In this document: in pieces, positions 9,601-18,510 of the stretch
How the letters are laid out: every line of letters starts with the position of its first letter
How positions within the stretch are numbered: position 1 is the first letter of the stretch
From: a virus
Reading direction: 5' to 3' (one strand)
Length of the DNA: 64,000 bases
IMG/VR virus record: IMGVR_UViG_3300032326_002475
Span: 6,912-70,911 of that record
The notes under the pieces: generated by a model
Seen by the model: only the letters and a program-made list of their open reading frames with translations
The model's database searches: none
What the model was told of the DNA's origin: nothing
Made by a program: the position numbers and the translations under genes

Positions 9601-10782
9601 AATCATGTCTTGCATTGTGCTTTGAAGATCAGCCATAGATTTAGTAATTTTTCCAACATGACCTAAATCTACATTGTCCTTACGAGCAAACATGTTCATG
9701 ACAGCTACTTCTAGGAAGTTTAATGATAAGTTGATAAGATCTAATACATTTAATCCAGATCTTGGATCAATACCTAAAGCTTGAAGTACTGCAGCAACGG
9801 TAGAGTTTTGATTAGCACCTTGACCAGCTAAAAGTGGTCCGCCTACTAATGTGCCTGCAACTTGTGCTAATCTTGTAGCTGTACTTGCAGTTGAATTAGC
9901 TACTCTTAAGCAATCTTCATATTGCTTTCTTTCATTTGGTTGAGCTGGGCAGCCTTGATGAGCTAAAACAATTCCAGCAATTACTTCTGAGGCTCTTTTC
10001 TCTAAATCTGTTGCAAGACTTAAAACATCATCAACATCATAAATTTCTTGAATTTCACAAGATTCAAAAGCTCCATCTCCTACACAACTAAGCTCAATGA
10101 ATTTAACACCATAGTTTTTTTCATAAGCTCTTTTGCCAGTTTCAGGATAAATTTTGCCTTTGTATTTTCTTAAATGTTCACAATAGTCTTTTTCAGTATA
10201 TGCTTTATTGTTACATATAGAACAAACACCCCATTCAACACTTGCACCCATAGAAACATCATGAATTACGCCTGTTCTGATGTTTCTGGCAATGTCGGGA
10301 TATGCTTCCTCATCAACAAAGAAAGTACAATATACACAATTTTCTTCATCATTCCATTCTGAATAAACAACCATTCCTTTGGCTTGTTCAATGTCATCAT
10401 TTTTATGATTTGTATATATAGGCACTCCCTCAAAAGTTTTATAAACTGGGATTTTTTCGCCTTTGATTTCTACTTCTTTGAGTAATTCTTCTTTAGAGAA
10501 TAAGTCACCATTTGCATTTACAACATCTGCATCAATGGCTCTTGCTCTTACCCATAAAAGCTTAGCACCTTTACGTGCTTGCATTTCCTTGACAATGTCA
10601 AAATCTTTATATTTTTCAAGAACATCTTTTGGATCAGCATAAAGAGATTGCAAACCAATTTTTGCTGCTTCTCTCATATTTACAGAAGCAGTTTTGATGA
10701 TATAATCTCTTGCTATATTTCGGTCCTTTTCATTAAGGTAACTATTTATTGTAATAGCCCCTCCTTTTGCAACCTTGTACAT
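6646..10782 (-). CDS. Giant prohead maturation protease polyprotein (N-terminal HK97/assemblin-type serine protease, long helical region, C-terminal Zn ribbons)
   Basis: NANGDLF, YTNHKND (candidate catalytic His), DVSMG (candidate catalytic Ser), CSIC..YCEHL, IELSCVGDGA; C-terminal CPVCG/CNSCG/CPSCG/CYKCG; located between portal and capsid genes. Confidence 0.75.
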   Translation of the reverse strand: MYKVAKGGAITINSYLNEKDRNIARDYIIKTASVNMREAAKIGLQSLYADPKDVLEKYKDFDIVKEMQARKGAKLLWVRARAIDADVVNANGDLFSKEELLKEVEIKGEKIPVYKTFEGVPIYTNHKNDDIEQAKGMVVYSEWNDEENCVYCTFFVDEEAYPDIARNIRTGVIHDVSMGASVEWGVCSICNNKAYTEKDYCEHLRKYKGKIYPETGKRAYEKNYGVKFIELSCVGDGAFESCEIQEIYDVDDVLSLATDLEKRASEVIAGIVLAHQGCPAQPNERKQYEDCLRVANSTASTATRLAQVAGTLVGGPLLAGQGANQNSTVAAVLQALGIDPRSGLNVLDLINLSLNFLEVAVMNMFARKDNVDLGHVGKITKSMADLQSTMQDMIDDGIDVGSGQAPQPINQPQQQQAQPQNLQPQQAQVGLADYSPSNNNIGKIMDFTNFSSPENPVGGGVALASSNINLVWASRDGKREVFASSNKSKNHFLNLAQSLLSLKENLSGTADINNSIQNVMRVANERNKNIKTNKPLEARSTNQMDHFAKIASEQRKKLAAAVTIDFKVEDNAGNRVVLSTDGTITGYTNGKRTSWEPILNESQLSSLENGHGTRVAADLLKDYGTFVKTALLDVKDRDGSRQEQLDEVRTGEGYDGKSTYDALKAHHKGVSDKTRGEEVATKHLGTDEKVREELLADAGLYGHKSKHEEITKSLSQLVDEVCKGVPTEVLEKQLEECRVGGKASAHEVMSSTIKALARSVVSAKETPSYIMKVAQMLSEEQNLPEMIGAASSTVDMDADRAEKADFFNQKSENPDAVSSILKELGAAVQSDIKPIDLAEAIAVAVEEGTVTKEAVMSLAEVMLKNESASAEGMDVSATPSRAEELRAALSDKVSADSELVDKLTLQAAISAMGQSADDMKVTPDEVAGTVEDMPQRDLVAAINRAKTVTSTEARLRARARREFWGIKTASSKDITSNVIGWLADYSLHFEISSTRIATAAKRLCAQGEVAEKLIEKAIAVKLKNERTAAMSVTQSKMECLRFVCTKEDLGGVNPSDDSFEETFKQKAIEVLQQHAFTVDPSTFSFTDLVVDADGNITASVSTNVTKTFNVDSAAEPVDMQPENEEIPVIMSDSAKFARKTRRDEVLSKYAMAPGMGAPAGAPGAAPAAPAAGPVGDLSAGANLGGGDLGVSGFTGGEMNQSPELDAMSEPGEKKPWGSVCPVCGSNDVDVAESKASCNSCGSAFEIEMMLKLISDGTGGMGKKNDDMVEEEAPLGGDTGLGAATAPPAPVAASSYKSMIRLSATVDSDVYLKTALPTFDKTAERMLPIGMVCPSCGNRHAHKVKDNTFCYKCGNYSKTRVAASKTDPTKLDVSITWID

Positions 10783-10821
10783 GTATTTAATCCTTAAAAA
10801 ATAAAGTTATCAATAGGATTT

Positions 10822-10849
10822 GTTCTATCTCAAACATATAAAAACCTGT
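10822..10849 (-). promoter_or_regulatory. Putative late promoter (SigH-like)
   Basis: Minus strand reads ACAGGTTTT-N12-ATAGAAC. Confidence 0.7.
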
Positions 10850-10856
10850 AAAATTT

Positions 10857-10880
10857 AAACCCGTCGGTTTCGACGGGTTT
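10857..10880. terminator. Terminator-like hairpin after the portal gene
   Basis: aaacccgtcg gttt cgacgggttt. Confidence 0.75.
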
Positions 10881-10912
10881 ATTGTACGAGCAAATAATTT
10901 CTACAATATATA

Positions 10913-13273
10913 CTACAAATATTCTTCTTCAGAATTTTGAGATCCTGTTCTTCTCTTAATTACTTGCAATAAGACATTTATACAGTCTTGAGGATGATCA
11001 TTTAATTCTTTATCGGTAAATCTGACAATAATCCACCCTTTACTTGCTAATTCAGAATCTCTTCTCTTATCTTTAGCAATTTTATCTGGATTGTTATGCC
11101 AAATTTCTCCATCTGCCTCAACGCCAACCTTTAAGTTTGGAATAGCAGCATCTAATTGATAATCAAATGTTGGACCAGCTGAATACTGTGCATATAATGA
11201 ATAGGGCATATTTAAGCTCATAAGCATACCATAAAGCTTTTTCTCTAATGATGTAAACATTTGAGGTTGTGCTCTATCAAGTTTCTTTGCTAAAACTTGT
11301 CTAACACCAGTATCTTCAGACTGTGCAAGAACAGAAAGTTCATAATTTGCTTCATAGTTCAAAGCTACTGAATTCATGCCACCAGCAATTGGATCTACCA
11401 GGTTCCCATATAACCCATCATATTTCTCAGGTAAAGGACCTAAAGAGCCTCTACCAGTAACAGGTGAAATGGACATCAAGAAGCCTTCATGTGCTGCTGA
11501 CTTAATATTTGAGCTTGCATATCGATTGTTAGATCTTGATAATTTTGCTAATACTCTTTCATTATAGACATCATTAATAATGGTTGAAGCAATCTTGTAG
11601 AATCTATCTTTCTCAGCAGCAGTAGGCATTGGTGGAGGAGCAGCTGGCGCTGGAGGAGCTCCACCTGGTGCAGGAGCACCTCCAAGTGGAGCTTGAGGCA
11701 TAGGAGGTTCTACCGGCATCTGACCAGCTCCAGCTCCAAAGCCCTGTCCAGTAACTGGCCCACTTTGTAAGTTTAATGAAAAGGCTGGTGTTCCAAAGCT
11801 TTGATCACTGATAAAGTTTGCACCTTGCTCAAACCTCAGTCTTTCAATTTCTTGATCTGAGTCCAAACCAAAAGCCTCAATTAGTGAGACATTTGAAATA
11901 ACACCATTTTGATTTGCAGTAACAAGCATTTGGAGCTTGCCAGTATCATCCCTTAGTTGAAGATCATCAAACTTAATTTTAGGATAGACAAGCTCATCTT
12001 GCCCTCTTTCACCTTCAATTACAAATCCATTCCACTCAGCTACAGGCTTGAATACACATTGCTCAACCCAGTGTGCAACCTCTCTTCTAAAGGTTTCAAG
12101 CCTTTGAGCCATAGCAAGCAAACCAACTTGAGCATTTCCATAAGTTGGTCCTTCACCATTAAGTAAAGCTTTGTTGAGCATAACGCCATCTAAAATTTCT
12201 TGCTCAATTAGTTCAAATTCTCCGGTTAGTGGATGAATCTTACCAGTAGCGCCATACCATTCCATATCAAAGTTATGGTGGGTAACAAGGGTCAAGTTTG
12301 GATCATTAGCAATTGATGCTAACTCGTCTTGAACATTGTCAATATCTTCTTGTGATGCTGGTCTTGTATCACTTCCAATTTTTACAACCTTAATTGGAAT
12401 AATCAATCTTTCAGCAATCATGTACTGAGCTTGGCGTAATTTATCTTTATAGGTCAAGATTGGAAATAATGGCCTAATCATAGAAACGCCATAGTCTTCC
12501 CAAGGATTTGATCCATGCTTGAAATGATGAATTGAAATAGGACTTAACTTAATTGGGTCCCCTTTCATAATCATTTTTTTGACATCATCAGGAATAGAAT
12601 CATAAATTTCTTTTGGATGTCTTTCATTTATGATTCTGACTTCTTCTGCTGATGGTTTATATGCATAAGATCCAGGTTGGTCAATCATTCCTGGGGTTTT
12701 GATTACACTGTCAGGATTTAGGATTGAAATAGATTTCCAAGTTGCACCATCATGCTTACAAGGCTCGTTTTTATTATTGTCCCAGTTTGAGCCATTACAG
12801 TGCTCGCATTCAATGGACAAAAGTACAAATGAATCACCCAATAAGTGATAAGCTTGTGAAATTTCTGGAAGCCATTTTTGGAAGTTTAACTTTTCAACTA
12901 ATTTTTCAAAATAGTCTTTTACGTAGGAAGATGAGCATTCAAGCTTCCATCCAGAAAAGGGATAGTTTTTATAAAAGTTGATGGCAGCAGCAACTTTTGG
13001 CTCATTGTTTTTCCACCAAGATGCCCAAAGATAAACTTCTCTTCTGGCGTTTGGGATTTGGAAAGATGAAGGCGTTAAGAATGGAGAATAAAAGTTTGGA
13101 GCAGTGGTGATAGTATTTGTACTAGCTGATCTAGATACAGATGGGCCAAGTCCTAATCCAATTCTACTACTTGCATATCTTTGTTCAGATGGTGTGCTTG
13201 CAGATGATTTCTCACCAGCAACTTGAGTCGCTGAAGTTCTAATAGCAGCTGCCAAAGATGTTCTGTTTGCCAT
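10913..13273 (-). CDS. Portal protein with a C-terminal DUF559/Vsr-like endonuclease domain
   Basis: Portal-like core: EPKVAAAINFY, LGDSF, ISILNPD, HFKHGSNPWEDYGVSMI, ALLNGEGPTYGNA, IKFDDLQL. The C-terminus QLDAAIPNLKVGVEADGEIWH...DKRRDSELASKGWIIVRF matches the DUF559 pattern. Confidence 0.8.
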   Translation of the reverse strand: MANRTSLAAAIRTSATQVAGEKSSASTPSEQRYASSRIGLGLGPSVSRSASTNTITTAPNFYSPFLTPSSFQIPNARREVYLWASWWKNNEPKVAAAINFYKNYPFSGWKLECSSSYVKDYFEKLVEKLNFQKWLPEISQAYHLLGDSFVLLSIECEHCNGSNWDNNKNEPCKHDGATWKSISILNPDSVIKTPGMIDQPGSYAYKPSAEEVRIINERHPKEIYDSIPDDVKKMIMKGDPIKLSPISIHHFKHGSNPWEDYGVSMIRPLFPILTYKDKLRQAQYMIAERLIIPIKVVKIGSDTRPASQEDIDNVQDELASIANDPNLTLVTHHNFDMEWYGATGKIHPLTGEFELIEQEILDGVMLNKALLNGEGPTYGNAQVGLLAMAQRLETFRREVAHWVEQCVFKPVAEWNGFVIEGERGQDELVYPKIKFDDLQLRDDTGKLQMLVTANQNGVISNVSLIEAFGLDSDQEIERLRFEQGANFISDQSFGTPAFSLNLQSGPVTGQGFGAGAGQMPVEPPMPQAPLGGAPAPGGAPPAPAAPPPMPTAAEKDRFYKIASTIINDVYNERVLAKLSRSNNRYASSNIKSAAHEGFLMSISPVTGRGSLGPLPEKYDGLYGNLVDPIAGGMNSVALNYEANYELSVLAQSEDTGVRQVLAKKLDRAQPQMFTSLEKKLYGMLMSLNMPYSLYAQYSAGPTFDYQLDAAIPNLKVGVEADGEIWHNNPDKIAKDKRRDSELASKGWIIVRFTDKELNDHPQDCINVLLQVIKRRTGSQNSEEEYL

Positions 13274-13281
13274 AACTTAAA

Positions 13282-13659
13282 TTATACCCAAGTTTGAGAT
13301 GAAGGAGCGCTCTTTTCTGTGAATAAGCCTTTGTTTCTAAGCGCTAAGTATCGTCCTTCACCTTTGAACATGTGAATATCTGAATCAGTTTGATTTAGTG
13401 TGTTTCTAATTGGTGTCTCATTATCAGGAAAATTCATTCTAAGTTGTTCTTCTGTAGTTAAATTTTCTGGGGATAATTGATCTGATTTAGGTTGAATTTC
13501 AGAAATTTCATCATCAATATTAGTGTTGATAATTGATATATTTCCAGGATTCAAAATACTCATGTTTTCTGGAGCTATAACAGAAACAGTTGAGCCGTCA
13601 TTGCTTTGCTTTTCCTGTTTAGCAACACCAAAGGCAGCTTTGACGACTCTATACCACAT
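13282..13659 (-). CDS. Hypothetical head-module protein with an MWY leader
   Basis: ORF in the head operon beginning MWYRVVKAA. Confidence 0.6.
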   Translation of the reverse strand: MWYRVVKAAFGVAKQEKQSNDGSTVSVIAPENMSILNPGNISIINTNIDDEISEIQPKSDQLSPENLTTEEQLRMNFPDNETPIRNTLNQTDSDIHMFKGEGRYLALRNKGLFTEKSAPSSQTWV

Positions 13660-13660
13660 A

Positions 13661-15211
13661 TTATTCTCTTGAATCTTCTAGTAAACTATCTAACCCTAAT
13701 TCAGATGCAAAATGTTTTAAATCCTCATCTGAAAATTGATGTCCCCAAGAATCATCATCTAATTCAGAAAGAAGTTCTTCAATTGTTTTGTCAACATCTT
13801 TCTCAGGATTTTTTCTACTCTCTTCTAAATGAGAATCAAATGAAAGATCTTCCTTAGCCTTCTTTGCTGTTTTGTTTAGATGTTGAGAAGCAGACATATC
13901 ATCTCCGTCTCCTGCTTCATCATTAATCTCAGCGCTAATTTGCTTGGGATCTGATTCATTATCTGATAATTGATGAGCATAAGATTCTTCCATTTCTCCT
14001 CTATGCCCCATCATGCCAGCATCTGAAAGTTGATCTTCTCTAACACTTTCTGTATCTGATTCAATATTGTTGATTTTTCTTAAGAGCTCTTCTAATGAAA
14101 AACTGGTATTACCGTTTGTTCTAGGTAATTGTTGATCAATAACTTTTGAATGATCAGTTTGTGAAGTTCTAGTTTTCTTAGGCTTCTTGTCTTCAGTATG
14201 GCCATATTGACTCTGTTTCATAGATGACAATTGTGATTGAATACTGTCTTCATAGTTTGCTTTATCTCTTAAAGCATTAGCACCTTGAGTACTCTTTTCA
14301 AACATCATTTCATATGTATTGTCAGCATCAGTTACGTCTTTACTTCTTTGCCCTTCACTCAAATTAATATTTTGATCATTGTCAGGACTTCTATGAACAT
14401 CTAATCTTGCAAATGTTTCATCATGAGAAATAAAAGCAACTTTGAGCCAATCTTGATAAGCACAAGTTACTGATCCATCTTCTGCAACTCTGGAATCAAT
14501 GCAGTTAAATCTACACTTTGAAACTTCCATAGCTACAGGCTTGCCATAAGTATATTTACCTTTAGGGCACATAAGATAAGGTTCATTATCTTGTGTTGAT
14601 AATGTTGTGTAAGCTAATCTTCGAGTCTCTTTAGGAGTAAGAGTTTCGTAACATGCTTTAACATAATCTTTTGCATATAAAAGCTCTTTCTTATCTCCAG
14701 AAAGAACTTTTGATCTTAAGTTAGTTAAAGCTACTCTTTCATTTCTATCTACAAGAGATGCTAATTTATCAAGAGACTCAATAGATTTAATTTGCCAATA
14801 ACCAGCAGATTTATCATCTTGTTTTGATGCAATTCTTTCAAGTTTGGCTGCATCATTATTTTTATCTAAAAAGTTTTGAAGAGCCATATAAGAATATCTG
14901 TAATTATTTCTAAGCTCAGATGCTAAAATTGTTTTATATTTTTGTAATCTAGACGCTAATGTTGGGAATGCCATATTTCCAGGAAGTGCTATAATTTTAG
15001 TTACTTCTTGAGGTCCACCATCATTTCTGAATTCTTCAGTGACACCATCATGACATAAATCTTCATCATCAATGAGTGAAAAGATATTATCAGGAGAAAA
15101 TTTTCCTGAGTTTTCTTTTAATCCATCAATCATTTTCTGAAGCATCATAACAATACTTACGCCGTTTAAGGAAGGTGAGTTCTTTTCACTCTTTTTTGAT
15201 TTTTCTGCCAT
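13661..15211 (-). CDS. Hypothetical head-associated protein with a Cys-rich domain and [ST]xExxL repeats
   Basis: Long ORF; ATG at 15211 is preceded by GGAAGGA; CPKGK..CRFNC..CAYQDW. Confidence 0.6.
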   Translation of the reverse strand: MAEKSKKSEKNSPSLNGVSIVMMLQKMIDGLKENSGKFSPDNIFSLIDDEDLCHDGVTEEFRNDGGPQEVTKIIALPGNMAFPTLASRLQKYKTILASELRNNYRYSYMALQNFLDKNNDAAKLERIASKQDDKSAGYWQIKSIESLDKLASLVDRNERVALTNLRSKVLSGDKKELLYAKDYVKACYETLTPKETRRLAYTTLSTQDNEPYLMCPKGKYTYGKPVAMEVSKCRFNCIDSRVAEDGSVTCAYQDWLKVAFISHDETFARLDVHRSPDNDQNINLSEGQRSKDVTDADNTYEMMFEKSTQGANALRDKANYEDSIQSQLSSMKQSQYGHTEDKKPKKTRTSQTDHSKVIDQQLPRTNGNTSFSLEELLRKINNIESDTESVREDQLSDAGMMGHRGEMEESYAHQLSDNESDPKQISAEINDEAGDGDDMSASQHLNKTAKKAKEDLSFDSHLEESRKNPEKDVDKTIEELLSELDDDSWGHQFSDEDLKHFASELGLDSLLEDSRE

Positions 15212-15226
15212 TTTAGTTCCTTCCAC

Positions 15227-16192
15227 CTAGTCGCCAAGACCTAAATTTTTCAAATCATCTTTGTCAAAATTTCTAGCAATTAGTGCTTGTTTAATGAACT
15301 TAATTTCTTGTTTGATGCCTTTTTTATCATCTGCATCTTTGCCATGACCTTGAGGAGTATTTTTATCATAATCTTGCAAGTCTAATAAAAAACAAGCTCT
15401 CATAATTAATTCAGGAGTTGATCTTTTTGCGTAGTCTGGCTTTTTATCATAATCAAGGGAAGCAGTTGAAGTTCTTTTATCTATTTCTTCTAGTTCTTTG
15501 ACAGCATCTGAAAGTTCATCTTTACCTTCAGCTACTTCTTTTGCATCATTAACTAGAGAATCTGTAGAGACACTTTCTCTTACATTTTTTTCAGAACTTT
15601 TATCTTCTTTAGATTTCTTTTTCTTGTTATAGTCTCTAACAATATCTACTGCTCTTTCAATTGTTTCTTTATTCCAAAATTTTAATTTAGCTAAGTATCT
15701 AACAATATCGTTTTTTTCAATTCCATGGTCAAGAAGCTTACCAACTTTACCCATTAAAACTCTAAAAGGATTACCTCTGGTTTTTTTCTTCTTTTTAGTT
15801 ACAGCTGCTTCTCTGAAATTGTACACTTTGCTTTTTTCCTTTGATAAATATTCTTTTTCAATTTTATTAGCAATATCTATATATGTTGGATCATACTGTC
15901 CTGTGTCTGGATCTTTAGTCTTTTTTCTAGGATCGTTTGCCATCATAAGTGCGCTAGATAGTTTATTAAGTCTTGATCTTAGTCTTTTGTCATTTACTTT
16001 GTCTGCAACATCAGATATTCTGTCGCAAACAGCTTGTTTATCAGAATCATGACAAGACTTAACTTCTTCAATAAGTTCTCTTAAGTCTTTTTTAGTAATT
16101 CCCTCACTTTGCTCACCACCCAAAGCAATATTGTTTATGCCATTTGCTGGATTTGATGCCATAGGGGCGTTAAAGTTGGAAATTCTATACAT
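15227..16192 (-). CDS. Hypothetical head-module protein
   Basis: 321-aa ORF tightly packed in the operon; basic KKKKKTRGNPFRVLMG segment. Confidence 0.6.
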   Translation of the reverse strand: MYRISNFNAPMASNPANGINNIALGGEQSEGITKKDLRELIEEVKSCHDSDKQAVCDRISDVADKVNDKRLRSRLNKLSSALMMANDPRKKTKDPDTGQYDPTYIDIANKIEKEYLSKEKSKVYNFREAAVTKKKKKTRGNPFRVLMGKVGKLLDHGIEKNDIVRYLAKLKFWNKETIERAVDIVRDYNKKKKSKEDKSSEKNVRESVSTDSLVNDAKEVAEGKDELSDAVKELEEIDKRTSTASLDYDKKPDYAKRSTPELIMRACFLLDLQDYDKNTPQGHGKDADDKKGIKQEIKFIKQALIARNFDKDDLKNLGLGD

Positions 16193-16196
16193 TAGC

Positions 16197-17012
16197 TTAA
16201 TCTTCTATATCTAAATCTAAAGAAATACTATTATAAATTTCTGAAATATTTTTAGCTCTATTATTAGCTTTTTCACCAAGTTGGTTTTGAATATTTTTCT
16301 TAATAGCAAGTCTTTGCTCTCTTGATTGATCTTGTAAAGCAATTCTTTTGCTTTCTCTCTCATCAAGAGCAGAAGGATCAACCATGCCAAATTGAGATGT
16401 GTACTCAACATCAGAAGAAGTTCTTAAGATAGAATGAGCTCTTGATGAAACAACATTTTTCTCTCTAATGGAATTTAATTTTCTTTCTTCCCAACTTGCA
16501 TGTCTTGAGCTTTGCGCTTCTCTTTTAGCAGTAAGTTCAGCTTTTGATTGCTCAGAAGTTGAATTTTGGCTATTCATAAATTCTTCTGTAATATTAATCA
16601 TATCTGGATTAAAAATATTAGCAGATCCTCTTAAGAGACAATCCATGTATTCATCAGCAGAATATGCCTTAAGATTACTTGTAGTAGTTCTAGCATTTAA
16701 CCCAGAATCTGTTCCGTAATCAGCTCTCTTAATAGCGCCTAATTCTTGTGATAAAATTCTATCTTCAATCGTATCTGTTCTTAAGTCTTGATATGTTGAA
16801 GCACCAGAAATCTTTTCCCAAGATTTATTCAATGATGTAGCTTCTTTTGTAAAACCAATTTGTTGCTTGGAAATCTTCATTCTATTATCAGAACTATTTG
16901 ATTTTAACTCAGCATAAGGATCTTCGTCAATTTCAACTTGTGATCCTACAAATTTTTTCTCAATAAAGCTAGGAATATTGTCAATTTCTCTTACTTTTCT
17001 AAATAAACTCAT
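16197..17012 (-). CDS. Hypothetical head-module protein
   Basis: 271-aa ORF with an AGGA SD. Confidence 0.6.
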   Translation of the reverse strand: MSLFRKVREIDNIPSFIEKKFVGSQVEIDEDPYAELKSNSSDNRMKISKQQIGFTKEATSLNKSWEKISGASTYQDLRTDTIEDRILSQELGAIKRADYGTDSGLNARTTTSNLKAYSADEYMDCLLRGSANIFNPDMINITEEFMNSQNSTSEQSKAELTAKREAQSSRHASWEERKLNSIREKNVVSSRAHSILRTSSDVEYTSQFGMVDPSALDERESKRIALQDQSREQRLAIKKNIQNQLGEKANNRAKNISEIYNSISLDLDIED

Positions 17013-17086
17013 ATTTTTATCCTAGTATGAATTTCAAGAATAGCCCCAGGCATAAAGCCTGGGACCTTTTTTCTTGAGGATTTAAT

Positions 17087-18043
17087 TTACTTGTCGTATT
17101 CTTGGGTAAAGAGTTCGTCTACCCAATCTTCAGCGTAGCCAAGATCATTTTTCCAATAATCTTTAAGTCTTTTATAGTCATCGCTGGATAATGTAGCAAG
17201 CTTAGTCATTGAAGAAACTGCAGCAATCTTTACATTATTGTCTAATGAAGATGCCATAACTTTCTTGATGTCTGCTAAGTTATCAACCTTAGCTGATAAA
17301 CCTAACATAGCTTCAATATATTCAACTGGAAAACCATTTTCAATAGCTTTTGCTGCAAAAGCTTTTTTTGCTGAATTATTCATAGAAGAAACCTTTACAA
17401 ACTCATCGGATTGCTTAGCTTCGGTTTTTGGTTCAGCTACTGGCAAATTATCAATGATATTTTGTCTGTAAGCTTTTCTTTGAGCTAACTTGATGTTCTT
17501 TTCAGATTGAGCTTGTACTTGTCTTTCGATCTTCTCAGCCAATCTTACTCTTCTCTCATGTCTGACTGCAAGAATGACGTTAGCAAGTTCTTGATCACCA
17601 TTTGCTAAAGCTGTTTCAATAGCTTCTGCACTGATTTGTGATGGATGATTGAAAGCATAAGACTTTTTGTCCTCTTTTGACTTAGGGCCTTTTCTCTTCA
17701 TAGGACCCTTAGCATCATCTTTGTCATCATCTTCATCGTCTTCGTGATCATGCTCGTCTGATTCTTCTTCTTCAGTTTCATCATCTTCGTGCATTTTCTT
17801 CTTTTTCTTGACATTATCAAGAAATTGTGGTGGAACATCACTAAGATCGTCAGTATCTTCTTCTGATGGTTTCTTTTTGTCGCTTAGACCTTTGAGCATT
17901 TCTTTGGTTTCATCATCCATTTTCTTAGGCTCTTTGGCTTTGGCAAGTCTTTCATTAAAGTTGTCCCAATCAATTCCTTGAAAAACAAGGTCAGAATCAA
18001 GAGCTTCGTCTTGGATTCTGTTTGGGAAAATTCTATCTGCCAT
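17087..18043 (-). CDS. Hypothetical charged head-module protein
   Basis: 318-aa ORF with a strong SD (GAGGAG) and an upstream late-type promoter. Confidence 0.6.
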   Translation of the reverse strand: MADRIFPNRIQDEALDSDLVFQGIDWDNFNERLAKAKEPKKMDDETKEMLKGLSDKKKPSEEDTDDLSDVPPQFLDNVKKKKKMHEDDETEEEESDEHDHEDDEDDDKDDAKGPMKRKGPKSKEDKKSYAFNHPSQISAEAIETALANGDQELANVILAVRHERRVRLAEKIERQVQAQSEKNIKLAQRKAYRQNIIDNLPVAEPKTEAKQSDEFVKVSSMNNSAKKAFAAKAIENGFPVEYIEAMLGLSAKVDNLADIKKVMASSLDNNVKIAAVSSMTKLATLSSDDYKRLKDYWKNDLGYAEDWVDELFTQEYDK

Positions 18044-18081
18044 AATTATTTTTTCTCCTCAAGAAAGAATACATTAAGTGA

Positions 18082-18109
18082 TTTCTAAATATTTTACTCG
18101 ATTACCTTT
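18082..18109 (-). promoter_or_regulatory. Putative late promoter (SigH-like)
   Basis: Minus strand reads AAAGGTAAT-N12-TTAGAAA. Confidence 0.7.
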
Positions 18110-18120
18110 AATGTATTTAT

Positions 18121-18510
18121 TTATATAGTTTTATCTAAAATTAAATTTTGATCCTTCAAAGTAAAGCTATTACCAATTTTTATACCCAAATCATCAAATA
18201 ATCCTTTATTTGCTTCTACAACAAACTTGACATTGTTTGATTTAGGACAACATGATTGTTCGCTTTGCGCTTTCATATCCTTAATATCTAATACTTTATA
18301 ATCTTTGTCTAAAAAAGCTAATGATAAATCAAAATCAACGTTTTTATTCCAAAAACAATAATTATCAGGTGAATCAAAAATAAAAAAAGCTACTTCATAT
18401 TTGTCTAAAGGCCTTGCATTCATCAATCCTTTAGATCTAGTTGAATCGTTTTCTGCTATAAATCTAATTTGTAATTTTCCATCAAAACTTTGATGTTCAT
18501 TACTAGTCAG
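18121..18510 (-). CDS. DUF192 family protein with an anomalous start
   Basis: IRFIAENDSTRSKGLM...FFIFD...FWNKNVDFDLSLAFLD...VVEANKG matches DUF192. The frame is open back to the TGA at 18511-18513 with no ATG before the conserved N-terminal part. Confidence 0.7.
   Translation of the reverse strand: MTSNEHQSFDGKLQIRFIAENDSTRSKGLMNARPLDKYEVAFFIFDSPDNYCFWNKNVDFDLSLAFLDKDYKVLDIKDMKAQSEQSCCPKSNNVKFVVEANKGLFDDLGIKIGNSFTLKDQNLILDKTI

Noticed and set aside
15211-15229. TAG readthrough fusing 15227..16192 to the next in-frame ORF
   Set aside because: The downstream gene has its own SD (GGAAGGA) and ATG, and in-frame stop-start junctions also occur with TAA elsewhere (32756/7, 33619/20, 40728/9).
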